DNA of 64,000 nucleotides, taken from Torpedo marmorata (Eukaryota). Location of the stretch: positions 18,166,001 to 18,230,000 of the forward strand of contig OZ360233.1 of assembly GCA_977017645.1 (NCBI GenBank), in the 5' to 3' direction. The position numbers were made by a program, and so were the translations under genes. Shown piece after piece: positions 39,429-52,316 of the stretch. The first letter of the stretch is position 1; each line of letters opens with the position of its first letter. The notes under the pieces were generated by a model that searched no databases, was not told the DNA's origin, and worked only from the letters and a program-made list of their open reading frames with translations.

Positions 39429-40963
39429 ATTAGGAAATGTTTATGTAAAGGAAAGTTAGCAAGAGTAAGCATGGAAAAGTTAACCTGGAATTATGAGTTG
39501 GGTGGATTGCAACTTCCTAATTTTCAAAATTATTATAAAGCAGCCCAATTAAAATTTGTTAATGAATTTTTTGATTCAACTAAATCGTCTGCTTGGATTA
39601 AAATAGAATTAAATAATATAGGAGAACATTTTAAAGAAGAAATTATTTATAAATGGGATTCTAAATTAATATTATTAAAAAAGAAAAATTCACCGATTAT
39701 TAAACATTTGTTAGAAATATGGGGTAAGATGGATAAAGAAATAAGTGGAAGAGGATTAATTTCTTCAAATATGCCACTATATCAAAATGGACTTATATCA
39801 TTTTTTCTTAATAATCAGTTATTTAAAATTTGGTTTCGAAAAGGTATTAAGAAGATTAATGATTGTTTTGAAGCTGGAAAATTTATTACGTTTCAAAGAA
39901 TGAAAGATAAATTTAATATACCAGATAATACATTTTTAGCTTATTATCAAGTTAAAGCTTTTTTAACTGAGAAATTAGGTCATGCTTTGATTTTACCAAG
40001 ACAAAATGAATTAGAATTATTAGTTACTAATGGAGAAGTTAATAAATTTATTTCTCAAATGTATAAATTGTTTCAGAGGAATATGCCGAAAATAGGATTG
40101 CATAAATCAAGATTAAAATGGGAATTAGATTTAAATGTAAATATAGATGAAAATCATTGGAAAGATTTATGTAAGTTAAGTATGACGAAAATTATTAATG
40201 TTAGATATAGATTAGTACAATATAATTTCTTTCATCAATTATACTTAACACCTAAAAAATTAAAGAAATTTAATCCGACATTATCAGGACTATGTTTTAG
40301 ATGCAATAATGAGGAAGGTTCTTTTGTTCATTCTACATGGTTTTGTCCAAAGATTCAAGATTTTTGGTTGAAAGTTAAGTTATTTTAGATAAAATATTTA
40401 ATATTACATTTCCAATTACAATTACAATTGGAGACATTAGAAAATGTAGTATTAAAAATAAATTAAATATGTTTCAAGTAGAATTTTTACGAATTGCTTC
40501 AGCGGTTTCGAAAAAATGCATTGCTATTACTTGGAAATCTGACTTAGATTTAGGATTAGAAAGATGGCATGCAGAGTTCCGTTCGTGTATACCACTGGAA
40601 AAAATTACTTATAATTTACGTAATAAATATCATTTCTTCTTGAAAATTTGGAGCCCATATATGAGAGCTGTGCGTTTAAGGATCTGAAGATCTCGAGATA
40701 TCGGATCTACTGGCATACTTGACCTCCTTAATAGAATTAGTTTATAGATGATATTCCCCTTACTCTATCTTTTCTTTTCTTTCATTTTTCTATTTTTATT
40801 TTTACGTTTACTTTATATTACTAGATTAGTGGGGATGGGGGGGGGGTGTTAGGGAGGGGAGGGAGGGTGGGGGGGTGAAAATGTATCACATGTACCTTTA
40901 CAATTTTATATTTTATTTTATGTATTTTGTGATTTAAAAGTTGAAATAAAATTTAAAAAAAAA
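39429..40963 (+). mobile_element. 5'-truncated L1-clade LINE
   Basis: ORFs 39471..40388 and 40469..40687 (GGLQLPNFQNYYKAAQL, CFRC...HSTWFCP); G-rich UTR and poly(A); same family as 16129-17370. Confidence 0.85.
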
Positions 40964-41312
40964 AAGACGGAGTCGCGCAGAGGTAGGAAGCTTAACAGAA
41001 CGCGAGAAGGGGCGTGAGGGTGCAGGAAAACGAGTGAAGGTGATGGAAAGGGCAGAACGAGAGAAAAGAAGAGAGAGACGTGGGGAGTGTAAATATAGGT
41101 GGAGAAACACGTCCGAAAAAGACGGAGAATGAGAAACGGCCAACATTAACAAACCAGTTTTCATTGGTTCAACAACGGCGCTCTCTTGATCCCATGAGCG
41201 AGGAGGGCGCCCTCCTGTGTGTCCCAGAGGATGGGCTGCTACTAACGAAACGCCACTGTCTTATATCGGGGCTGAATATAGAAATATTCGGCTGTTCACC
41301 TTCATTCTGGCT

Positions 41313-41768
41313 TCCTCACCATCCAGTAGTTTGCTGATTCTATGGGCCGTTCTGCTTGGCGAGTCTCTGTCTGATTGGTCAGCGCGTGTCCCTCCCGGCT
41401 CAGCGCAATTCCTCGCATATCACACACTGCGTGTTTCATTCCAGGCACAAATGTGGAAATCTAGTGCCCCACGGACCGATGGAACGGATGGCCGCAGGAA
41501 GTGTCACTGAGCTCCAGTTACCCGAAAAAGGTTACCGTATGTTTTTGGTACATTCAAATTCCCGTGGAATCTTGGATATATTTGGTTAAAATGTACAGCG
41601 CAGGAGATGAGGTTCCGTGTCACGATTGTCCGGACAGGATAACGGGTTCCTTGGAGAAAAGGGGCAGGTAACCTCGATATCTCCAAAGCTATTAAAGCGG
41701 ACATGGCCGTTTATGTGCGCGGTGCGGCTCACACTGTTTCTGGGATATTGCGGAGACGCACAAAAGCT
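41313..41768 (+). pseudogene. V pseudogene C7
   Basis: As C1; RSS 41730-41768. Confidence 0.8.
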
Positions 41769-42188
41769 CATTCTGAGATGGGAAGTGGTTTGAGAGAAAA
41801 TGGCATAAAGAAGACGGGAGAGCGTGTTAAGGCTTGCGAAACGTTAAGCAGGTGAAAACGTGAGACAGAGTGAGGTAGAGCAATAGAACGAAAGAAGGGG
41901 AGAGAGGGTGGAGTGAGTGAAAGGGAGGGAGGAGATACACAGATGGAAGGAAAAAGATGCGTTGAGTGTACAGATAGAGGGTGAAATGTGCGTGAAGGAC
42001 GGGGAACTAGATACAGACTGTCTTATCAACTCCGTCTGATTGGTTCAATAATGGCGACTCGAACGAATCCTGTGTGAGGGAAACACTCACATATCTGTCA
42101 TTGACGTTGATTCGCTCATAACATCGCCCCACCCCTTGTATAGCGGTAACACAAAGAAATATTCGTTTTTGACCTTAATCCGCGTACC

Positions 42189-42234
42189 ATGTCCTCCCTG
42201 AGTTGTTTGCTGATTCTGTGGGCCGTTCTGACTG
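42189..42234 (+). other. Orphan/upstream leader exon L0-7
   Basis: MSSLSCLLILWAVLT+G, GTGAGT donor. Confidence 0.8.
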
Positions 42235-42575
42235 GTGAGTCTGTCTGATTGGTCAGCGACGTCTGTCCATCGTCCTTGCTCTTCGAGTCTCCCTCTTTAA
42301 CTTAATTAAAGGTGGACAATTCCCCCAGGTCAAACCCTCTCCGTCACACGTTCTCCCACCGTTTACTCATTTACACACTCTCTGTTTACTGAACTTCCTC
42401 ACGGTCGCTCTGTCGCTCTATCTCTATCTCTCTCTGTCTCGCTCCTCGCCGTTCTCGTGAAAGAGAACCGGCTCGTGTCTCCAACAGAGTTTCTGCTGCT
42501 TCCGACGTGAGTTTGCGCTCTTCTATCGGGCGAGCATTTGTAAAATATTCTTCCTTCGAATTTAATCCGAGCATC

Positions 42576-43001
42576 ATGTTCCTCCTTAGTTGTTCGCTGA
42601 TTCTATGGGCCGTTCTGCCTGGTGAGACTGATTGATCAACACGTGTCCCGCGGGGTCAGTGCCGTTTCGCGCCGTTCACACATTCTGTCTTTTGTTCCAG
42701 GGGCAAGTGGGAACGATTCAGTGACCCAAGAACCGCTGGAATTGATTGTCAATGAAGGGCAGATCGTATCACTGAGCTGCAGTTACTCGATGAATCCCAA
42801 TGCATATTTTTGGTACATTCAACGTCCTGGAGAATCTCCCAAATATTTGCTAACAATCTACAGGTCAGGAGATGTGGTTCCGTCTCCCGATTGTCCGGAG
42901 AGGATATCGGGTTCATTGGAGAAAAAGAGCCAGACATTCCACCTCAATAACTCGAAAACCCTTGTGGAGGATTCTGCCGCGTATCTCTGCGCCGTGAAGC
43001 T
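42576..43001 (+). CDS. V segment D7, potentially functional
   Basis: Leader 42576-42621, intron 42622-42700, open V exon; RSS 43002-43040. Confidence 0.85.
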
Positions 43002-43983
43002 CACACTGTTCCAGGGCGGTGTCAGATCCGCACAAAAACTCACCTCGAGACATTGAATCGGACCCTATGGCTAGGGGGCGCACTCGGCCAAGCAATGGAA
43101 GCGAATACACGATCTTCCTAGAGAGTCTGCTGCAACGCCGAGATGCAGGAGATTTTCCCTCCTCTGAGCGTTTCTCTTTCTCTGCGTCCTCTGTGTCTCA
43201 TTCCGTAATTTGAGGTGGAAGGTAGGAAGTCAGGGAGAGAGGAAGAAATGGATAGCTGTTTGACAGAATATTGTATGAAAATGAAGGAGTGTTTGTTAGA
43301 TGGAAATTGAGAGGTTAAAAATGCTGTAAACCGCGCGGGTAGGTGTGACCGGTAGGTGATCCTTCGGCCTCTCCTTCCCAAAATCAACAACAAGCTCCTT
43401 GGTCTTGGTGAAAATAAGAACATAATTGTTGTTCTCCAACGACCAAACCAGGTTCACCATCTCCATTCTGCATTCTGACTCATCTTTTCCAGTTATTCGG
43501 CCACCACTGGTGGTGTCTTCAGCTAATGTGTCGGTTGAGTTGGGGCTGAACTTGGATGAACAGTCAATTGGTGCACATGGCAGAGATTGAAGGGAGGGAG
43601 AGATTGGCACTGCTCTCGAAAGATTAAATAAGTGTAAGACTGAGTCGCGAAGAGGTAGGAAGCGTAACAGAACGCGAGAAGGGGCGAGAGGGTGCAGGAG
43701 AACAAGTGAAAGTGATGACAGGGTGGAGCGAGAGTGAAGGAGAGGGAGACGTGGGAATGTAAATATAGGCGGAGAAACACGTGCGAAAAAGAGCGAGAAT
43801 TAGAAATGGTCAACATCAACAACCAGTTTTCGTTGGTCCAACAACGGCTTCTTATTGCGCCCACGTGCGCGGAGGGCGCCCTTCTCTCTGACCTAGACGA
43901 TGGGCTGCTACTGACGAGACCCCATGTCTGATATCGGGGCATAAATGTTGAAATGTTCGTCTGGTGATCTTCATCCCGGCTTC

Positions 43984-44444
43984 CTCCCCAAGTTGAGTTG
44001 TTTGATGAATCTATGGGCCGTTCTGCTTGGCGAGTCTCTGTCTGATTGGTTTCCCACCGGCTCAGCGAAATTCCTCGCACATCACACACTGCGTGTTCGT
44101 TCCAGGCACAAATGTGGAAATCTAGTGACCCACGGACCGCCGGAACGGGTGGCCGCGTGAAGGCAGACCGTGTCACTGAGCTCCAGGTACCCAACAACGG
44201 CTACCGTATATTTTTGTTACATTCAAATTCCCGTGGAATCTTGGATAGAGATGTTGAAAATCTACAGCTCAGGAAATGTGGTTCCATCTCACGGTTGTCC
44301 GGACACGATGACGGGTTCCTTGGAGAATATGGGCCGGATATTCCACCTCAATATCCCCGAAGCTCTTGAGCGGGACTTGGCCGTTTATCTCTGCACGGTG
44401 CTGCTCACGCTGTTCCTGGGAAATTGCGGAGACGCACAAAAGGT
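43984..44444 (+). pseudogene. Diverged V pseudogene C'
   Basis: No ATG, GC donor, TGA in FR1, first Cys and Trp replaced; RSS 44406-44444 CACGCTG-23-ACAAAAGGT. Confidence 0.8.
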
Positions 44445-44697
44445 CATTCTGAGATGGGAAGTGGTTTGAGAGAAAACGTAAGAAAGAAGACGGGAGAACG
44501 CGATAAGAATTGCGAAACGTTAAGCAGGTGAAAGAGTGAGACAGAGTGAGCTTGTGGAATAGAACAAGAGAAGGGGAGAGATGGTGGAGTGAGTGAAAGC
44601 GAGGGAGGAGATACACAGAGGGAAGGAGGAAGACGCGGGTTAGTGTACAGATAGAGGGAGAAACTTGCGTGAAGGAAGGGGAACGAGATGCAGACTT

Positions 44698-44740
44698 TCT
44701 TGGTCTGCAGTCAAATGATCTACCACTGAGCTATGCCCTC
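44698..44740 (-). pseudogene. 5' half of tRNA-Cys(GCA), retroposed fragment
   Basis: Minus strand GAGGGCATAGCTCAGTGGTAGATCATTTGACTGCAGACCAAGA: A box, D arm, GCA anticodon loop; no T arm; flanked by 18-bp direct repeats. Confidence 0.8.
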
Positions 44741-44924
44741 ATCGAGATACAGACGTTCTTAACAACTCGGTCTCATTTGTTCAATAATGGACACACGAAC
44801 CAATCCTGTGTGAGGGAAACACTCTCATATCTATCCCCAGGCGTTGGTACGCTATAACATCGCCCCACGCCTTGTTTTGCGGTAACACAAATAAATATTC
44901 GCGTTTTACCGTAATCCGCGTACC

Positions 44925-44970
44925 ATGTCCCTCCTGCGTTGTTTGCTGATTCTATGGGTTGTTCTGACTG
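44925..44970 (+). other. Diverged orphan/upstream leader exon L0'
   Basis: MSLLRCLLILWVVLT+G, GTGAGT donor. Confidence 0.8.
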
Positions 44971-45285
44971 GTGAGTCTGTCTGAGTGGTCATCGACTTCT
45001 GTCCATCGTCCTTTATCGACGTGTCTCCCTCTTTAACCTAATTAAAGTTCGGCGATTCCCCCAAGACTCACACTCCTTCGCTCACCCTCTGTTTACTCAT
45101 TTAAGATTTCACTTTGTGCTCACTTAACTCACTCGCGCGGTCTCTCCCGCACTCCCGCTCTCGCCCCTCGCCGCTCTCGTGCCAGGGAAACGACCAGAGG
45201 TTCTTCTGCTTCCGACGTGCGCTGGCGAACATATGTCGGGCGAGCATTTGTAAAATATCTTTCTTTCGCATTTAGGCCGGGCACC

Positions 45286-45711
45286 ATGTTTCTCCTGAGT
45301 TTTTGGCTGATTCTATCGGCCATTCTGCCTGGTGAGACTCGTTGGTCAACACGTGACGTGCTGGATCAGCGCCGTTCCGCGCCATTCACACATTCTGTGT
45401 TTTGTTCCAGGGGCGAGTGGGAACGATTCCGTGACCTAAACACCTCCGGAATTGAGCATCGACGGAGAGCAGATCGTATCACTGAGCTGCATTTACTCGA
45501 TGAGTCCCTTCGCATATTTTTGGTACATTCAACGTCCTGGAGACTCTCCCAAATATATGCTGAAGATCTTCACGTCGGGAGATGTGGCTCTGTCTCACGA
45601 TTGTTCGGAGATGATATCGGCTTCCTTGGAGAAAAAGAGCCAGAGATTCCATCTCAAAATCTCAGAAACCCGCGAGGAGGATTCCGCCGTTTATCTCTGC
45701 GCCGTGGAGCT
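45286..45711 (+). pseudogene. Diverged V segment D' (nonsense in FR1)
   Basis: Leader 45286-45331, intron 45332-45410; CAA>TAA at 45437-45439; RSS 45712-45750 intact. Confidence 0.85.
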
Positions 45712-46019
45712 CACACTGTTCCAGGGCGGTGGCGGATCCGCACAAAAACTCACCTCGAGAATTTCCATCGCTCGCTGTGGCCAGCGGGCGCACTCGGGCA
45801 CCGGCAGCCAGTTCTGTCGGTCAGTGCACTGGAAGCGTCAACACGACCTTCCTGGAGAGTCTGCTGAAAACGGCAAAACCGAGTTGCAGGAGATTTGCCC
45901 TCCTCTGAGCGTTTCTCTTACTCTGCCTCCTCTGTGTCAGATTCCTTACTTTGAGGTGGAAGGTAGCAAGCCAGGGAAAGAGAAGGAGTGTTCTTGTGAT
46001 GGAAATTGTGAGATTAATA

Positions 46020-46385
46020 AAGCGGTCTGTTTAGGACAGATGCGTGTTCCTTCGGCCTGTCCTTTCTAAAATCAACAACAAGCTCCTTGGTATTGGTGAC
46101 ATTAAGAACAGGATTGTTGTTCTGGAACCACCCAACCAGGTTCTTGATTTCCATCATGCATTTAGTCTCATTATTCCCAGTTATCCGGCCAACACTGGTA
46201 GCGTTGTCATCTAATTTGTAGATAGAGTTGGAGCTGAACTTGGCTGCACAGTCATGGGTGCCCATGGCATAGATTAGGGGACAAAGCAGGCAGCCTTGGA
46301 CTGCTCCTGTGTTGATGGTCAGCGAGGAGGAGGTGATGCTGGCGATCAGCACTGTTTGGGTCTGCAGTGAGGAAGTCAAAAATCC
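46020..46385 (-). mobile_element. Rex1-type LINE fragment (continues at ~49150-49390)
   Basis: TGAVQGCLLCPLIY...HDC...TKELVVDFRK; lacks the L1 insertion found in the other units. Confidence 0.75.
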
Positions 46386-46413
46386 AGTCGTTCTTTCAGG
46401 CGTTATAGAACAG

Positions 46414-49128
46414 TGGGGGGGGGGGGGGGTGGAGGGGTCGCATTGCTTGTTAGGGAAAACATTACAGCGGTGCTTTGGCAGGATAGATTGGAGGGCTCGT
46501 CCAGTGAGGCTATTTGGGTGGAATTGAGGAATAGGAAAGGCATGAAAACACTAAGGGAGTGTATTATAGACCACCGAATGGTCAGAGGGAATTAGAGAAG
46601 CAAATTTGTAAGGAGATAGAATATATGTGTAATAAACATAAGGTGGTGATTATAGGTGATTTTAACTTTCCACACATTGACTGGGACGCCCATACTCTAA
46701 TAGGGCAGGATGGGTTGGAGTTTGTCTTATGTGTTCAGGAAAGTTTTCTGAATCAATACATGGAATTACCGACTAGATAGGGGGCAGTATTGGATATCCT
46801 ATTTTGGAACGAGATAGGTCAGGTGACAGAGGTTTGTGTTGGGCAACACTTTGGGTCCAGTGATCATAATACTATTAGTTTTAGGTTGATAATGGAGAAG
46901 GATAGGGCTGGGCCTAAGGTTGAGATTGTTGATTGGAATAAGGCAAATTTCGAGGAGATGAGCAAGGATTTCGAGGGTGTTAATTGGGATAATTTATTTT
47001 TAGGGAAGGATGTCACAGATAAAATGAGGATATTCAAAGGGGAAATTTCGAGAGTACAGAGTCGGTTCGTCCCTGTGAGGATTAAAGGAAGAGTTAGAAA
47101 ATATAATGAACTTTGGTTTTCAAAGGATATTGGGAATTTGGTTCTGAGGAACAGGGATGTGTACAACAGGTATAGACAGCAGGGAATAGATGAGGTCCTT
47201 GAGGAATATAAGGAGTGTAAAAAAATCTTAAGAAAGAAATTCGAAAGGCTAAAAGGAGATATGAGGCTGCTTTGGCAGGCAAGGTAAAAATAAATCCAAA
47301 GGGATTCTACAGGTACATTAAAAGCAAAAGAATAGTGAGGGATAAAATTGGGCCCATTGAGGATCAGACGGGTAGGCTATGTGAAAAGTCAGATGGGGGA
47401 GATTTTAAATGAATTTTGTTCTTCAGTATTTACAAAGGAAAGGAATATTGAGCCAGGTGAAGTAAGGAAATCTGGCAGTGAGGTCATGGATAATATAAAG
47501 ATTAATGAGGAGGTAGTATTGGCTAATTTAAAGAGTATAAAGGTGGATAAATCTCCAGTTCCTGACAGGATATTCCCGAGGACCCTGAGGGAGTTTAGTG
47601 TACAAATAGTGGGGGCTCTGACAGAAATATTTAAAATGTCACTGGCCACGGGCGAGGTGCCGGAGGATTGGAGGGTAGCTCATGTTGTCCCGCTGTTTAA
47701 GATGGGCTCTAAAAGTAAACTTGGAAATTATAGGCCTTGTGAGTCTGACATCGGTGGTGGGTAAATTAATGGAGAGTGTTCTTAGAGATGGTGTATACAG
47801 TTATTTGGAAAGACAAGTATTGATTAGGAGTAGTCAACACGGTTTTGTTCGTGGTAGATCATGTTTAACAAATCTCATAGAGTTTTTCGATGAGGTTACC
47901 AAGAAGGTTGACGAGGGGAAGGCTGTGGATGTTTTCTATGTGGACATTAGTGAAGCATTTGACAAGGTTCCGCATAAGAGGCAAGTTAAGAAGGTTCAAG
48001 CATTAGGTATTAACGACGAAGTAGTGAAATGGATTCAAAAATGGTTGGATAGGAGAGGCCAGAGAGTAGTGGTGGAAAGCTGTTTGTCAAATTGGAGGCC
48101 GGTGACCAGTGGAGTGCCTCAGTGATCGGTACTGGGTCCATTGTTGTTTATCATATATATTAATGATCTAGATGATAGGGTGGTAAATTGGATTAGTAAG
48201 TATGCAGATGATCCGAAGATTGGTGGTGTTGTGGACAGTAAAGAGGGATATGAAAGCTTGCAGGGGGATATAGGACAGTTAGAAGAGTGGGCGGAAACAT
48301 GGCAGATGGAGTTTAATACTGATAAATGTGAGGTGCTACATTTTGGTAGGATTAATCAGCAAAGGCCATACATGTTAAATGGAAGACAATTGAGAAGTGC
48401 ATTAGAACAGAGGGATTTAGGAATTCTGGTACATAATTCCCTGAATGTTGAGCCACACGTAGATAGGGTGGTGAAGGAAGCATTTGATATGTTGGCCTTC
48501 ATAAATCAGAGTATTGAATATAGGAGTTGGGATGTCATGTTGAAGTTGTATAAGGCATTGGTGAGGCCAAATTTGGAATATTGTGCGCAGTTTTGGTCGT
48601 CGAACTATAGGAAGGATATAAACAGAATAGAGAGAGTGCAGAGGAGATTTACAAGAATGTTGCCTGGGTTTCTGGGTTTGAGTTATAGGGAAAGATAGAA
48701 CAGGCTGGGACTTTATTCCATGGAGCGTAGGAGGTTGAGGGGTGATTTAATAGAGGTATTTAAAATTATGAAGGGGACAGATAGAGTCAATGTGGACAGG
48801 CTTTTTCCATTGAGAGTGGGGAAGATTCAAACAAGAGGGCATGGATTGAGATTGAAGGAGGAAATGTTTAGAGGAAACATCAGGGGGAATTTCTTCACTC
48901 AGAGGGCGGTGGGATGGTGGAACGAGCTTCCGGCCGAAGTGGCAGATGCAGGTTCAATTTTAATGGTTCAGGAAAATGTGGATAGGTATATGGACGAGAG
49001 AGGTGTGGAGGGTTATGGGCCGGGTGTGGGTCAGTGGGACTAGGTGGGAGAATGTGTTCGGCATGGAGTAGAAGGGCCGAACAGGCCTGTTTCTGTGCTG
49101 TAACTGTTATATGGGTATCTGGTTATAT
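46414..49128 (+). mobile_element. CR1-clade LINE (HER1-like), 5'-truncated ORF2 with APE endonuclease and RT, degraded
   Basis: YRPPN, GDFNFPHIDW, SQHGFVRGRSCLTNL, AFDKVPH, SGVPQ, YINDLD, YADD, LVRPNLEYC motifs over several frames; short tandem 3' tail. Confidence 0.9.
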
Positions 49129-49623
49129 GACAGGGTCCCAGATGCTTTCGATTGGCCAAAGGTTTTGAGGTGAGGGTGTGGAACGAAGATGTTTCGGTGA
49201 TCTAGGTGATTTAATGCAGAGTGGAGAGTCAGTGATATGGCTTCGTCCTTTGACCTATTGTGGGGATAGGCCAACTGAAATGCGTCCAGGTCATTCCCCA
49301 GATCGGAGTTAATTCGCTACATAACCAAGTTCTCAACAATTCATCACAGTCGGTCACTTTGCTCTTATTGAGCAAGTAAGGAAGGGAGAACACTGGAAGC
49401 GAAGCATGTGGGGGAAGGGCAGAGAAGGACAACCAAAGAGAAGCATTTATACCTGCTCGTTTTAATTCGTTCCATCGCAGCGTCTTTCAGAACCAATGAC
49501 CATTCCTGTGCTAGCGAAATGCTATAAATCTCAGCGCTGCGGCTGCTGCGGACGTGAATTTGTAACCTTACAGCGGGGAAACACGTAAGAACATATTTTT
49601 GTTTTGACCATTATTCGGGAACC

Positions 49624-50089
49624 ATGTCCCCAAGAGGTACCTGCTGATTGTATGGGCCATTCTGCCAGGTGAGACTCTGTCTGATCAGTCAGCGCGTCCC
49701 GCGGATTCAGCGCAGTCCCGTACCGCTCCCACACTCCGTGTTTCCGTCCAAGCACGAGAGGGGAGGATTATGTGACACAAGGACCGCCGGTAGTCATGGC
49801 CGAGGAAAGGCAGACCGTGCCACTGAGCAGTAGTTACTCGACGAGTCAATCCGCATATTTTAGGTACATTCAACGTCTTGCAGAATCTCCCAAATATTTG
49901 CTGAAAATGTACAGCTGGGGATATGTGGCTGCATCTCAAGTTTGCGCAAGAGGAAATCGGTGTTCTTGCAGACAAAGGGCCAGAGGTTCGATTTGACTGT
50001 CTATGGGACGCTTGTGTCGGTCAGCGCCGTATATCTCTGCGTCGTGCAGCCCACTGATCCAGGGCGATGGTGGGTCCTCAAAAACACTC
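49624..50089 (+). pseudogene. V pseudogene with A-like 5' half and B-like 3' half
   Basis: A-type promoter, leader (1-nt deletion) and FR1-CDR1; B-type FR3, RSS relic and downstream flank. Confidence 0.75.
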
Positions 50090-50967
50090 TGGTAATTAGA
50101 AATAGGCAGTGCCACCAGGGGGCGTGCTTTCCCCCACACAGTCCTCACCAGTGCACAGGACGGAGACGGCAACTGTGCATCACGGGAGATAGTCTTCTCC
50201 AAAGTGCAGCGCCGATATTTACCCTAGCGTGTGGAAAGACGTTTGTCTCACTCTCTGTTCCGAGGAGGAGGGGAGGAATTTAGAGAAAAGCGCGGATTAG
50301 GGTCGACCGCCTTTTGCGAGAGAGGAGGAGTGACAGAAACTGCTTGGATAGGGAGTGAGCAAAAGGGTGAAAGGAATTTAGAGAGAAAGGTGAGGAGTGA
50401 GAGAGAGCGAATGAAAGGGAGAGATCGTGATTGACGAAGAGAGATATCACAGGAGGGAGGAAGTGGACAGGGAGTTGTATGTGAGAAAGAGTGAGAAAAT
50501 TATTTAATGAAGGAGACATTGAGAGGGCAAGAACGGGAATGAAAGGGACAGGCGGTAGGTGCGACTGTGGGAATTGAAGGGAGGGAGAGATTGGCACTGC
50601 TCACGAAAGTTGAAATAAGTGTAAGTCGGAGTCGCATAGAGGAAGGAAGCGTAAAAGAACGCGAGAAGGGGCGAGAGGGTGCAGGAAAACGAGTGAAGGT
50701 GATGAAAATGGCGGAGCAAGAGAGAAGAAGAGAGAGACGTGGGGGTTGTAAATATAGGTGAGGAACCACGTGCGAAAACGACGGAGAATGAGAAACGGCC
50801 AACATTAACAACGAGTTTTCATTGGTCCAACAACGGCGTCCTTTTGAGCCCCTATGTGAGGGGAGCGCCCTCCTATGTGTCCAAGAGGATTGGCGGCTAC
50901 TGACGTGACCCCTCTTTTTATATCGGGGTAGCATATGGAAATATTCGGCTGTTTACCTTCACACTGG

Positions 50968-51440
50968 CATGGTCCCCATTGAGTTGTTTGATGATTCTAT
51001 GGGCCTTTCTGCTTGGCGAGTCTCTGTCTGATTGGTCAGCGCTTGTCCCTCCCGGCTCAGCGCAATCCCGCGCATCTCAGACACTGCATGTTTCGTGCCA
51101 GGCACAAATTGGGAAAATTTGGTGACCCACGGACAGCCGTAACGGATGGCCGCGGGAAGACCGACCGTGTCACTGAGTTCTTGGTACCCGACAAGTGTTA
51201 CCGTATATTTTTGGTACATTCAAAATCCCGTGGATTCTTCCACATATTTGCTGAAAGTTTACAGCTCAGGAGATGTGGTTCCGTCGCACGATTTACCAGA
51301 CAGAATGACGGTTTCCTTGGAGAAAAATGGTCGAATATTCCACCTCAATATCTCCGAAGCTCTTGGAGCGTACTTCGCCGTTTATCTCTGCGCAGTGCGG
51401 TTTGCACTGTTCCTGGAGATTGCGGAGAATTTCAAAAGCT
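50968..51440 (+). pseudogene. Diverged V pseudogene C''
   Basis: GC donor, first Cys lost, YFWYIQ...AVYLCAVR retained; heptamer TGCACTG. Confidence 0.8.
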
Positions 51441-52270
51441 CATTCTGATAATTTGCAATGACCGCTGTCACTAGGGGCCGCTCTGGGTAGCCGCCAGCCT
51501 ATCCTGACCCGCCCATGGAATAAATGCGACAGCGAGATTTCCCTGGTGAGGGTCTTCTCACACGACAGCGTTGAGTAACAGGAGTTCATATCTGCTCTGA
51601 GAAAAGACGTTTCTCTTCCTCTCAGTCTCCAGTGACGGAGGTTCTGAGGTGGAGGGGAAGAAGACCGAGTGATGCATATTTGGGTGGACATTGTTTCGCG
51701 AGAGAGCAGCAGCGTCAGGAAAATGTTTGCGAAAGGGATTGAGGGATAGTGTGGGAGAAATAGATAGGGAATCAGACGGGACAGATGAGAGAGAGAAAGT
51801 GAGAACAAATGAGGTAGAGATAGAGAGCGCGAAATTGAGAGTGAGAGAGATGGGAAGTTGTTGGAGAGAAAAAGGGAGAAAGAGGACGGGAGAGCGTGTT
51901 AAGGATTGCGAAACGTTAAGCAGGTGAAAACGTGAGACAGAGTGAGGTAGAGGAATAGAACGACAGAAGGGGAGAGAGGGTGGAGTGAGTGAAAGCGAGG
52001 GAGGAGATACACAGAGGGAAGGAGAAAGACGCGGTGAATGTACAGATAGAGAGAGAAACTTGCGTGAAGGACGGGAACGAGATGCAGACTGTCGTAACAA
52101 CTCGGTCTGATTGGTTCAGTCATGGTTCAATAATTGCCAAACCAACCAATCCTGTATGAGGGAAACACTCTCATTGCTGTTCCAGGCGTTTGTCCGCTCA
52201 TAACATCGACCCACCCCTTGTATAGCGGTAACACATAGAAATATTCGCTTTTGACCTTAATCCGCGTTTC

Positions 52271-52316
52271 ATGTCCCTCCTGAGTTGTTTTCTGCTTCTA
52301 TGGGCCGTTCTGACTG
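52271..52316 (+). other. Diverged orphan/upstream leader exon L0''
   Basis: MSLLSCFLLLWAVLT+G, GTGCGT donor. Confidence 0.8.
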
